DNA of 32,000 nt from NCBI RefSeq assembly GCF_000621645.1, contig NZ_JHXR01000022.1:30001-62000 (forward strand), written 5' to 3'. The stretch is from Vibrio cholerae ATCC 14035 (GTDB taxonomy: Bacteria > Pseudomonadota > Gammaproteobacteria > Enterobacterales > Vibrionaceae). The notes under the pieces were generated by a model, which ran no database searches, had not been told where the DNA came from, and saw only the letters and a program-made list of their open reading frames with translations. Positions 19,343 through 26,757 of the stretch are shown here, in pieces. The translations under genes were made by a program, and so were the position numbers. Each line of letters starts with the position of its first letter. The stretch's first letter is position 1.

Positions 19343-20488
19343 ATGTCAAAACGTGATTTTTACGAAGTATTAGGCGTAGGCCGTGACGCCTCCGAGCGTG
19401 ATATTAAAAAGGCATACAAACGCCTTGCGATGAAATACCACCCGGACCGCAACTCGGGAGATGCTGGTGCGGCGGAAAAGTTTAAAGAAGTCAAAGAAGC
19501 GTATGAAATTCTGACCGATGCGCAGAAGAAAGCAGCTTATGACCAATACGGCCATGCGGCATTTGAGCAAGGCGCGGGTGGTTTTGGTGGCGGCGGCTTC
19601 GGCGGTGGCGGTGCTGATTTTGGCGATATTTTCGGTGACGTGTTTGGTGATATTTTCGGTGGTGGTCGCCGTGGCGGCGGTCCAAGAGCACAGCGTGGCT
19701 CCGATCTACGTTACAACATGGAACTGAGCCTTGAAGAAGCGGTTCGCGGCTGCTCGAAAGAGATTGAAGTACCGACATTAGTACACTGTGACGCTTGCGA
19801 TGGATCAGGTGCGAAAAAAGGCACCTCAGCACAAACTTGTGGAACCTGTCACGGTCATGGCCAAGTCCAGATGCGTCAGGGCTTCTTTGCGGTGCAGCAA
19901 ACCTGTCCAACTTGTCATGGTAAAGGCAAGATCATCAAAGATCCTTGTAACGTCTGTCATGGCCAAGGTCGCAAGCAAAAGACCAAGACACTCAATGTGA
20001 AAATTCCAGCGGGTGTGGATACCGGCGATCGCATTCGTCTTTCCGGTGAAGGAGAAGCGGGAGAAATGGGCGCGCCAGCAGGGGATTTGTACGTACAAGT
20101 GCATGTCAAAGAGCACCACATTTTCGAGCGTGATGGCAATAACTTGTACTGTGAAGTACCAGTGAGCTTCGCAATGGCGGCTCTGGGCGGTGAAGTAGAA
20201 GTACCGACACTCGATGGTCGCGTGAGCTTGAAAGTGCCTGCGGAAACCCAAACGGGTCGCATGTTCCGCATGCGCGGTAAAGGTGTGAAAGGCGTTCGCT
20301 CTGCAGCACTGGGCGATCTGATTGTCAAACTTGTGGTCGAAACCCCAGTCAATTTGAGTGCTCGTCAGAAAGAGCTGCTGAAAGAGTTTGAAGAGTCTTG
20401 TGGCGGCGAAGCGGCGACGAAACACAAGCCGAAAGCCGAAGGCTTCTTTAATGGTGTGAAGAAGTTTTTTGATGACTTAACCAGTTAA
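19343..20488 (+). CDS. dnaJ: Molecular chaperone DnaJ (Hsp40)
   Basis: [13 protein letters not shown]-domain with HPD, a G/F-rich linker, four CxxCxGxG zinc-finger repeats and the C-terminal domains. The ATG is at 19343; the listed ORF starts at an upstream TTG. Confidence 0.97.
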   Translation: MSKRDFYEVLGVGRDASERDIKKAYKRLAMKYHPDRNSGDAGAAEKFKEVKEAYEILTDAQKKAAYDQYGHAAFEQGAGGFGGGGFGGGGADFGDIFGDVFGDIFGGGRRGGGPRAQRGSDLRYNMELSLEEAVRGCSKEIEVPTLVHCDACDGSGAKKGTSAQTCGTCHGHGQVQMRQGFFAVQQTCPTCHGKGKIIKDPCNVCHGQGRKQKTKTLNVKIPAGVDTGDRIRLSGEGEAGEMGAPAGDLYVQVHVKEHHIFERDGNNLYCEVPVSFAMAALGGEVEVPTLDGRVSLKVPAETQTGRMFRMRGKGVKGVRSAALGDLIVKLVVETPVNLSARQKELLKEFEESCGGEAATKHKPKAEGFFNGVKKFFDDLTS

Positions 20489-20512
20489 TCAAGATTCAAT
20501 GAGTCACTATCG

Positions 20513-20536
20513 AAAAGACCAGCTTGCTGGTCTTTT
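20513..20536. terminator. Bidirectional terminator between dnaJ and the pilE-like gene
   Basis: AAAAGACCAG-CTTG-CTGGTCTTTT. The A-tract and T-tract form part of the stem, and it abuts the stop of the minus-strand pilin gene. Confidence 0.75.
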
Positions 20537-20537
20537 C

Positions 20538-20981
20538 TTATTTCCAGCACCCAATCGGTGATGTCACACCTTTCTCATTCAAGGTGAGAGAGGTGTAGGC
20601 GCTACCGTCGCATTGATCACTATTTTGTCCTTTACTAGATTGCGGAGTGGCTGTAATCGCATAACTAGTGGCTGCAGTTTCGACCACAATCTTGTAACGA
20701 TCACTGTCTACGCTACAAAAGGAATTACATACCTTTTGAGCATCGACGATGCCTGTCGCCGTATAGCCATTCTGATACTTTTCCTCTAAATAGAGCTGAA
20801 TTTTGGCCATATCTGCCATCGCCTGTTTACGATGACCTTCTTTGACATAGTTGGTATAGGCTGGATAAGCGATGCTCGCTAACACTCCCACGATCACTAC
20901 CGCGATCATTAATTCGATCAATGTCATACCTTGTTGCTGACTCACACTTGGCTTGCAGAAAATTTTTCGAATCATTTCCAT
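20538..20981 (-). CDS. pilE: Type IV pilin, PilE-like
   Basis: Class III signal QQQG-MTLIELMIAVVIVGVLASIAYPAY (Glu at +5). The C-terminal disulfide-loop region C-DGSAYTSLTLNEKG...GCWK resembles P. aeruginosa PilE as recalled. Confidence 0.8.
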   Translation of the reverse strand: MEMIRKIFCKPSVSQQQGMTLIELMIAVVIVGVLASIAYPAYTNYVKEGHRKQAMADMAKIQLYLEEKYQNGYTATGIVDAQKVCNSFCSVDSDRYKIVVETAATSYAITATPQSSKGQNSDQCDGSAYTSLTLNEKGVTSPIGCWK

Positions 20982-21077
20982 TACTTCTCTTTATAAAACA
21001 ACGCCATTTTTGATAGCTGTTAGCATCTATGCAAGTTGATTCATCATCCTCTCACGGTTTGCAAAGGATTTTGGGAA

Positions 21078-21590
21078 ATGCATCGCGGCTTTACTTTGCT
21101 GGAGCTTTTGATCACCGTTGCGGTATTAACCACAATGTTGCTTTTTGCTGCCCCCAATTTCTCAAAGGTGAGCCAGCAAACGAAGATGACCAATTTAGCC
21201 AATGAATTACAGGGATTCCTTATTCAAGCTAAATCTGAAGCTGTTTTTCGAAATCAGGACTTATGGGTGCATATTCAAGGATTGCCTTCTATAACGGGTC
21301 AATGGCAACTGGTGCTATCCAGCGTATCGGATGTGGCAGCGATCGATGCAAGTAATACGGTTGCTCTGTTGCAAGGTCAGCGATATCAAAATGTATTTGT
21401 ATCGAAGACCAATACACTAACAGAGGTCAAATTTGATCATGTAATGGGCAATCCTCAGGAAGCAGGTAGCCTTTTTATTAAACCGTCGGAATCTGCTGCA
21501 GATTCAATCAAAGTGACTGTGCACAATCGGGCTGGACGAATCAAAGTTTGCACCGAAAATGAGGCAAAATATGGCTTTGAAAAGTGCTAA
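21078..21590 (+). CDS. fimT: Type IV minor pilin, FimT/GspH family
   Basis: MHRG-FTLLELLITVAVLTTMLLFAAPNF prepilin N-terminus, then a GspH-like region (LANELQGFLIQAKSEAVFRNQ). The ATG at 21078 is preferred over the longer listed ORF. Confidence 0.8.
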   Translation: MHRGFTLLELLITVAVLTTMLLFAAPNFSKVSQQTKMTNLANELQGFLIQAKSEAVFRNQDLWVHIQGLPSITGQWQLVLSSVSDVAAIDASNTVALLQGQRYQNVFVSKTNTLTEVKFDHVMGNPQEAGSLFIKPSESAADSIKVTVHNRAGRIKVCTENEAKYGFEKC

Positions 21591-22161
21591 CCAGCAAGGT
21601 AATACGCTGATTGAATTTATGGTTGCCGCTTTGGTGGGGGCGATGGCTTTAGCTATTGTCGGGACTGTCTTTTTGTCTAACCAAAAAGCGGCAGCGCAAC
21701 GCAGTAAAGAAATTATGCTGCTTCAGCAAGTCAGCAGCGTTATGCAGCAGATGAAAGAGGATATCCAGCGTGCTGGTTTTGACGATGTGGGTAACCAATC
21801 TATGCGGCTATCTGGTGCTGTCGGTGTGATCTATCGAGCATCGAATAAAATTGGTTATGTTTATCGAAAATCATCCACCAAGGTGAGCAATACGACCTAT
21901 CAATTAAATAATGATATGTTGGAGTATTGTCAAAAGGATTCAGCTTCTCCACTCAGTGTTGTCTCTGCTGCGACAGGATGTTTTGATTTATTTGACCCGA
22001 AACAAATCAAAATTGATCAATTTGAAATATCAGAAACGCCTTTATCTGGTCAAGCGGTCAATAGTTCATTGATGACGATTTCTATTATGGCGAAGTTAAA
22101 AGATGACCCTAATATCTCTAATGCTATCTCATTACAGGTTCAGCAAAGGAATTGGCAATAA
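21571..22161 (+). CDS. pilW: Type IV minor pilin, PilW-like
   Basis: MALKSANQQG-NTLIEFMVAALVGAMALAIVG with Glu at +5, followed by MKEDIQRAGF, typical of PilW. It overlaps the fimT end, and the SD GAGG lies 6 nt before the ATG. Confidence 0.75.
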   Translation: MALKSANQQGNTLIEFMVAALVGAMALAIVGTVFLSNQKAAAQRSKEIMLLQQVSSVMQQMKEDIQRAGFDDVGNQSMRLSGAVGVIYRASNKIGYVYRKSSTKVSNTTYQLNNDMLEYCQKDSASPLSVVSAATGCFDLFDPKQIKIDQFEISETPLSGQAVNSSLMTISIMAKLKDDPNISNAISLQVQQRNWQ

Positions 22162-23393
22162 TGATTCAATATCAAAAAGGTGTCGCGACTTTACTGATTA
22201 CCGCTATTCTGCTTTCAATTGCATTGGTTGTGACGCTCGGTTCGTATAAAAATCTTTTTTATCAGATTAAACGTGCACAAAATGAAGTAAAAGCTAGGCA
22301 GGAGCACTGGCTTGCTGAGGGTGGGTTGGAGTGTGGCTACTCACAGTTTTTATTTGCCAATGGACTCCCGGGTACGATTACTGATTGTGGTAGTGGCTTA
22401 GGTATTATACCTCAATTTAGTTTAATCAGTTCAGGGTATAAAGTAACCTCCCACTATGGTTATGCTTCATTAGTTAAAGATATTCTTATCTCAGGCAATA
22501 TGGCTCATGGTGCAATTCAATCAGCTTCTGATATTTATGTTCGAGGGAGTGTGAATATTGTTCCAGACCCAGGCGCTTTTAATTCAGAGGGGTGGGAATG
22601 TATTGCGCTACGTTATAAAAATATTTTTGATGCATCTGGTGCTATACAAAATGATGGAGTCTTAATTCCTAACAAACCGCCCTATACTGGATTCGTAAAT
22701 CCAACGGGTAAGGATTGCCAAACCACACATAAATCGAGTGCGTCGGGAAGTCTGCCCACTGGTAGTGATTTTGTTAAGCAACCAGAAATGAGCTTATTTG
22801 AAGAGTTCTTTGATGTTAGTGAAGAACAGCATGAAAAAATAAAGAACAATCCGAAGTTCACGCAAATTCTTGCTCCAGAAAATACGAATGGTCAACCTAG
22901 TATTGTTCCTGATTGCGGGAAGGAAATATTGGAACAAATAGAAAATAAACATTATTACCTCTGGATTGAAGGAGGGTGTGAACTTAATGCTATTTATACA
23001 CAAAAGGTTTCTGAAGCCTCTCAAAAAACACCTGGTGTATTGATTTTGGTTCACGAAGGGATTTTTTCCGTTATGGGAAATGGAGAGTTAAAAGGAGTAT
23101 TGTTTCATTTCAATAAGGACTATGTTCCATCAACTCAACATTGGGCCTCTTTTGAAGCGAATGCCTATTTAAATCATAATCCAAGTGTCATACCAGACTC
23201 ATTCAGAACAATTGCCTCTTATTATCAACACGGTTCATTTACTGTGACTGGTGGGCAGTTTCTTGACAGCGCAGGTCAGGCCGCGGCATTTAATAACTCC
23301 TTAGTATTTAATTTTAATAAAGATGTGATCGATCATATTGCGAGTAATTTTGTAAAACCGCGTTGGAAAGAAGGAAGCTGGAATGCGCAATAA
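22161..23393 (+). CDS. pilX: PilX-like minor pilin with a large C-terminal extension
   Basis: MIQYQKG-VATLLITAILLSIALVV resembles the PilX N-terminal domain (no Glu at +5). The ATG overlaps the pilW stop (TAATG). The remaining ~380 residues have no family I recognise. Confidence 0.6.
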   Translation: MIQYQKGVATLLITAILLSIALVVTLGSYKNLFYQIKRAQNEVKARQEHWLAEGGLECGYSQFLFANGLPGTITDCGSGLGIIPQFSLISSGYKVTSHYGYASLVKDILISGNMAHGAIQSASDIYVRGSVNIVPDPGAFNSEGWECIALRYKNIFDASGAIQNDGVLIPNKPPYTGFVNPTGKDCQTTHKSSASGSLPTGSDFVKQPEMSLFEEFFDVSEEQHEKIKNNPKFTQILAPENTNGQPSIVPDCGKEILEQIENKHYYLWIEGGCELNAIYTQKVSEASQKTPGVLILVHEGIFSVMGNGELKGVLFHFNKDYVPSTQHWASFEANAYLNHNPSVIPDSFRTIASYYQHGSFTVTGGQFLDSAGQAAAFNNSLVFNFNKDVIDHIASNFVKPRWKEGSWNAQ

Positions 23394-23760
23394 GCAATCT
23401 GGTTTTAGCTTAATCGAAGTGATGATCTCGTTTGTACTGATTGGCGTTGGTGCGCTTGGTTTGGTGAAATTACAAGCTTATATCGAGCAACGCGCTGATT
23501 ACGCGATGCACAGTATTGAAGCGTTAAATCTTGCCGAGCAAAAATTGGAGTGGTTTCGTTCTCGTGGCGCTTCTTCAGCTAACCCTGCCATACCAACTGC
23601 AAATTTCGCGACCGATATTGTCTCTGGGAATGATGTTTCACATCCTTTCTATACTTTGTCTTGGTCTGTACCCGCTGCAACCTTGTCGGGGCTCTCAAAA
23701 CCATTCATATCCAAGCGTCATGGAAGGATCGCCATGGTGAAACTCAGTCGGTGGAGTTGA
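23383..23760 (+). CDS. pilV: Type IV pilus minor pilin PilV, apparently frameshifted near its 3' end
   Basis: MRNKQSG-FSLIEVMISFVLIGVGALGLVKLQ is a textbook PilV N-terminus. After the A4 run at 23697-23700, the family-like C-terminus (TIHIQASWKDRHGETQSVELKTMISKYSEFD-stop at 23793-23795) continues in frame 3. Confidence 0.8.
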   Translation: MRNKQSGFSLIEVMISFVLIGVGALGLVKLQAYIEQRADYAMHSIEALNLAEQKLEWFRSRGASSANPAIPTANFATDIVSGNDVSHPFYTLSWSVPAATLSGLSKPFISKRHGRIAMVKLSRWS

Positions 23761-24148
23761 AAACCATGATCTCTAAATACAGCGAATTTGACTGAACGAG
23801 TCCTTCTTGCCACGCGATTTTTCTCGCTTTATTGTGCTGTGATTTTCGCTTCTTTATGCTCTTTTCCCATCCATTTGCTTCACTTTTGCTTTTGTCGGCG
23901 CTGATAAGTGCAAACTCATGCTTTGCAAATTGGTTTCTTAAATGTATATGCTTCGTTATTGATAATGTTTCGAGTGTGTGTCTTTGGTTTTCTATTTTTG
24001 CAAAATATGTCTCTAAATATGTAAAAAAAGGACGAACGCTGTGCTTTGGTTTAGGCGTTTCTATACAATGCCAAACGACAAATCGCCGTTTCATTGTGAC
24101 CAATTTCAATGGTTCACAGGGAAACTCGAAACGGACACAGAAGGCCAC
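23744..24148 (-). CDS. Hypothetical protein (orphan ORF in AT-rich spacer)
   Basis: 134-codon ORF with a GTG start (weak GAGG about 10 nt upstream) or an internal ATG at 24094. The composition is protein-like with a basic patch (KSIKKRKSQHNKARK), unlike the Cys/Phe-rich opposite-strand ORF. I recognise no family, and its 3' end overlaps the pilV tail. Confidence 0.3.
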   Translation of the reverse strand: MAFCVRFEFPCEPLKLVTMKRRFVVWHCIETPKPKHSVRPFFTYLETYFAKIENQRHTLETLSITKHIHLRNQFAKHEFALISADKSKSEANGWEKSIKKRKSQHNKARKIAWQEGLVQSNSLYLEIMVFNSTD

Positions 24149-24192
24149 ACTAACAAGGCCTCACGCAGCAACATCACATTACGGAATTTACT

Positions 24193-25752
24193 ATGAGTAA
24201 CCAAGCTATCAATCAAGCGCCATCGGCCAAACCAAGTGGGATGGATCGCTTTCTCAACTTTATTGAACGGGCAGGGAACAAGATCCCAGATCCCGCGATT
24301 CTTTTCTTTTGGGCATTAGTTATCGTTTGGGTTTCTTCCGCTCTACTCTCTAACGTCAGTTTTGATTTGACTAACCCTCGTACTAATGAAGCATTAGAAA
24401 TCAAAAACTTACTGACCGGCGAATCACTGGCTCATTTTCTGGCCAATATGGTGACCACATTTACCAGTTTTGCGCCATTGGGCATTGTTCTTGTCGCTAT
24501 GCTCGGGGTTGGCGTGGCTGACTCTTCAGGCTTTATCACTACTGGCCTAAAGAAAATGCTTAATGTCACGCCAGCGAAATTGCTGACGCCTATGCTGATT
24601 TTGGTGGCGATTATTTCGCACACCGCAGCCGATGCTGGTTATGTGTTGGTGATTCCTCTGGGCGGTATCATTTTCCACGCAGCAGGTCGTCATCCGCTCG
24701 CAGGTATTGCTGCCGCGTTTGCTGGCGTATCTGGTGGTTTCTCGGCAAACTTTATTCCGTCAGGTATCGATCCGCTGTTGGCGGGCTTTACGCAAACGGC
24801 AGCGCAAGTGTTGGATCAGTCTTATCAAGTTAACCCATTAGCCAACATTTACTTCACGGGCCTTTCCTCAATCATCATCGTCGCGATTGGTTGGTATGTG
24901 ACAGATAAAGTGATTGAGCCACGTTTGGCGGCGACGAAAGTGGATGAGGATGCAGAATCAGCACCCGATTTGGGCTCTTTCACTGCGATTGAATCAAAAG
25001 CTTTCCGTTACGCAGGCTGGGCAATGGTTGCGGGTATCGCACTGTTAGTGGCTGCCGTGTGGCCTGAAAATTCTGCGCTGCGTTCGCCTGACGGTGAAAT
25101 TACCGCCTTCACTGCGCCGATCATGAAATCAATTGTGCCACTGATTTTTATCCTGTTTATTATCCCGGGGATTGTCTACGGCCGTGTCGCAGGAACCTTC
25201 AAAAACAGTAACGATGTGATCAAAGCAATGTCGGCCACCATGTCTACCATGGGCGCGTACATTGTGATGTCGTTTTTCTGTGCGCAATTCTTGTCTGCTT
25301 TTGGTCAATCTAACATTGGTACTATGTTGGCTCTGTATGGTGCAGAAGGTCTAAAAGCGATGAATTTGCCGGGGCAAGCCACGATTGTGGGCATGATTCT
25401 ACTCACTGCGATGGTCAACTTATTAGTCGGTTCAGCATCGGCTAAGTGGGCGTTGATTGGTCCAATTTTGGTGCCAATGTTGATGGCAGTGGGTATTTCT
25501 CCTGAACTGTCTCAAGCGGCATATCGTGTGGGGGATTCTGTGTCTAACATTATTTCTCCATTGATGGTGTTCTTCCCACTGGTGGTGGTGTATTGCCAAC
25601 GCTATGTGAAATCAACCGGTATCGGCACTTTGGCTTCGATGATGATGCCGTACTCAATCGCTATGCTGATTGGTTGGTCACTGTTCCTGCTGGTTTACTG
25701 GGCACTGGGTATCCCGCTGGGTATTCAAGCTCCGTACACTTACACCATGTAA
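24193..25752 (+). CDS. AbgT-family transporter (p-aminobenzoyl-glutamate / antimetabolite efflux type)
   Basis: 519 codons. The N-terminal MDRFLNFIERAGNKIPDPAILFF motif and the polytopic hydrophobic body are typical of AbgT/MtrF-family proteins. Confidence 0.9.
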   Translation: MSNQAINQAPSAKPSGMDRFLNFIERAGNKIPDPAILFFWALVIVWVSSALLSNVSFDLTNPRTNEALEIKNLLTGESLAHFLANMVTTFTSFAPLGIVLVAMLGVGVADSSGFITTGLKKMLNVTPAKLLTPMLILVAIISHTAADAGYVLVIPLGGIIFHAAGRHPLAGIAAAFAGVSGGFSANFIPSGIDPLLAGFTQTAAQVLDQSYQVNPLANIYFTGLSSIIIVAIGWYVTDKVIEPRLAATKVDEDAESAPDLGSFTAIESKAFRYAGWAMVAGIALLVAAVWPENSALRSPDGEITAFTAPIMKSIVPLIFILFIIPGIVYGRVAGTFKNSNDVIKAMSATMSTMGAYIVMSFFCAQFLSAFGQSNIGTMLALYGAEGLKAMNLPGQATIVGMILLTAMVNLLVGSASAKWALIGPILVPMLMAVGISPELSQAAYRVGDSVSNIISPLMVFFPLVVVYCQRYVKSTGIGTLASMMMPYSIAMLIGWSLFLLVYWALGIPLGIQAPYTYTM

Positions 25753-25776
25753 GTGATTAAACCGATAAACATCGTC

Positions 25777-25805
25777 AGCCCACTCCTTCGAGTGGGCTTT
25801 TTCTT
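25777..25805 (+). terminator. Rho-independent terminator of the abgT-family gene
   Basis: AGCCCACTC-CTTC-GAGTGGGCT followed by TTTTCTT. Confidence 0.85.
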
Positions 25806-25874
25806 AGGCTGGCTTTTGTTTTGTCCGCGATCTCCGCTAGAATCACCGTTTTCAAGAATCCGTGGAGTGTGATT

Positions 25875-26402
25875 TTGTCAGCGTCTCTATTTTCTGCTCA
25901 AGATGAACAATTTATGCGCCGAGCCATCGTGTTAGCAGCCCAAGCCGAAGCGCAGGGAGAAGTCCCTGTTGGAGCGGTATTAGTTCGAGATGGCGAAATC
26001 ATTGCGGAAGGCTGGAATGGTTCGATTACGAACCATGATGCGACTGCGCATGCAGAAATTGAAGTGATTCGAAAAGCTGGCAAAGCACTGAGTAATTATC
26101 GACTACTCGATACCACCTTGTATGTGACACTGGAACCTTGCCCAATGTGTGCAGGCGCCCTGTTGCATAGTCGAGTAAAACGTATTGTGTATGGCGCGCC
26201 AGATTTGAAAGCGGGTGCGGCAGGAACTGTGATGGATCTGTTTAGCAGCCAAGCTGCTTATCACTACGCGACGGTTGAAAAAGGGCTGTTGGAAGAGGAG
26301 TGTCGAGCTCAGTTACAAGCGTTTTTTCAGCGCCGAAGAAAAGAAATTAAAGCCAAACGCGATGCAGAGCGAAAGAATGCTGAGAGAAAGAATGAGCGGT
26401 GA
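25875..26402 (+). CDS. tadA: tRNA adenosine(34) deaminase TadA
   Basis: CMP/dCMP deaminase motifs HAE (TAHAEIEVI) and PCPMCAGA. The listed ORF starts at a TTG (25821) that overlaps a likely promoter (TTGTTT 25816-25821, TAGAAT 25838-25843), so a start at TTG 25875 or ATG 25914 is more plausible. Confidence 0.9.
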   Translation: MSASLFSAQDEQFMRRAIVLAAQAEAQGEVPVGAVLVRDGEIIAEGWNGSITNHDATAHAEIEVIRKAGKALSNYRLLDTTLYVTLEPCPMCAGALLHSRVKRIVYGAPDLKAGAAGTVMDLFSSQAAYHYATVEKGLLEEECRAQLQAFFQRRRKEIKAKRDAERKNAERKNER

Positions 26403-26447
26403 ATTTTTGGCAAACATCGATACAGATGTTTGCCATTCGAGAGGTAT

Positions 26448-26579
26448 CTAGCTACTTAACTGGACAAATGCACGATGACGAGCCAAGACTTTTTTCTTGC
26501 TATTGGCCAGCATACGGCGTCTGCGGTTAGCGGATACGGTTTTATTCAGGAGTTTTGATTGACGTTTACGTCTCAACAT
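26448..26579 (-). CDS. Candidate small basic protein (43 aa), not in the ORF track
   Basis: The ATG at 26579 follows GGAGGG (plus-strand CCCTCC 26586-26591) with a 6-nt spacer. It encodes MLRRKRQSKLLNKTVSANRRRRMLANSKKKVLARHRAFVQLSS-stop: 15 of 43 residues are K/R and none are acidic. Confidence 0.4.
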   Translation of the reverse strand: MLRRKRQSKLLNKTVSANRRRRMLANSKKKVLARHRAFVQLSS

Positions 26580-26605
26580 AAAACACCCTCCTACGACTGA
26601 CTGAC

Positions 26606-26634
26606 ATAAAAACCCTGACTACTTAACGTCAGGG
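26606..26634 (-). terminator. Terminator-like hairpin downstream of mltF
   Basis: On the minus strand: CCCTGAC-GTTAAGTA-GTCAGGG followed by TTTTTAT. Confidence 0.6.
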
Positions 26635-26757
26635 AACCTAATAAATCGCTTATCGATCTGCTTTATTATTGCATTGGAATGTTACCTGTTTCTGACAACA
26701 GGAAAGCGATTTAATTCACACATTGATTTACGTGTTTTCTTCCCAAAAATCAAGTGG

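Noticed and set aside
19370-20425. Several ORFs inside dnaJ on either strand: 19370-19570, 19491-19910, 19826-20425, 19957-20352 and 20106-20309 on the minus strand, and 19518-19727 and 19788-20000 on the plus strand.
   Set aside because: They are antisense or out of frame relative to dnaJ, which has unmistakable J-domain and zinc-finger motifs. Their translations are Arg/His/Cys-rich and implausible.
24078-24135. Nested hairpin (CCGTTTC...TGTGACCA-loop-TGGTTCACA...GAAACGG), considered as a riboswitch or leader for the abgT-family gene.
   Set aside because: It matches no riboswitch consensus I know (for example ZTP or THF) and has no terminator or SD-sequestering logic. It also lies within the candidate minus-strand ORF.
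23832-24200. 122-codon plus-strand ORF upstream of the abgT-family gene.
   Set aside because: Its Cys/Phe/Ser-rich translation is typical of the wrong strand of AT-rich DNA, and it runs into the transporter start. The opposite-strand ORF is the better, still weak, candidate.
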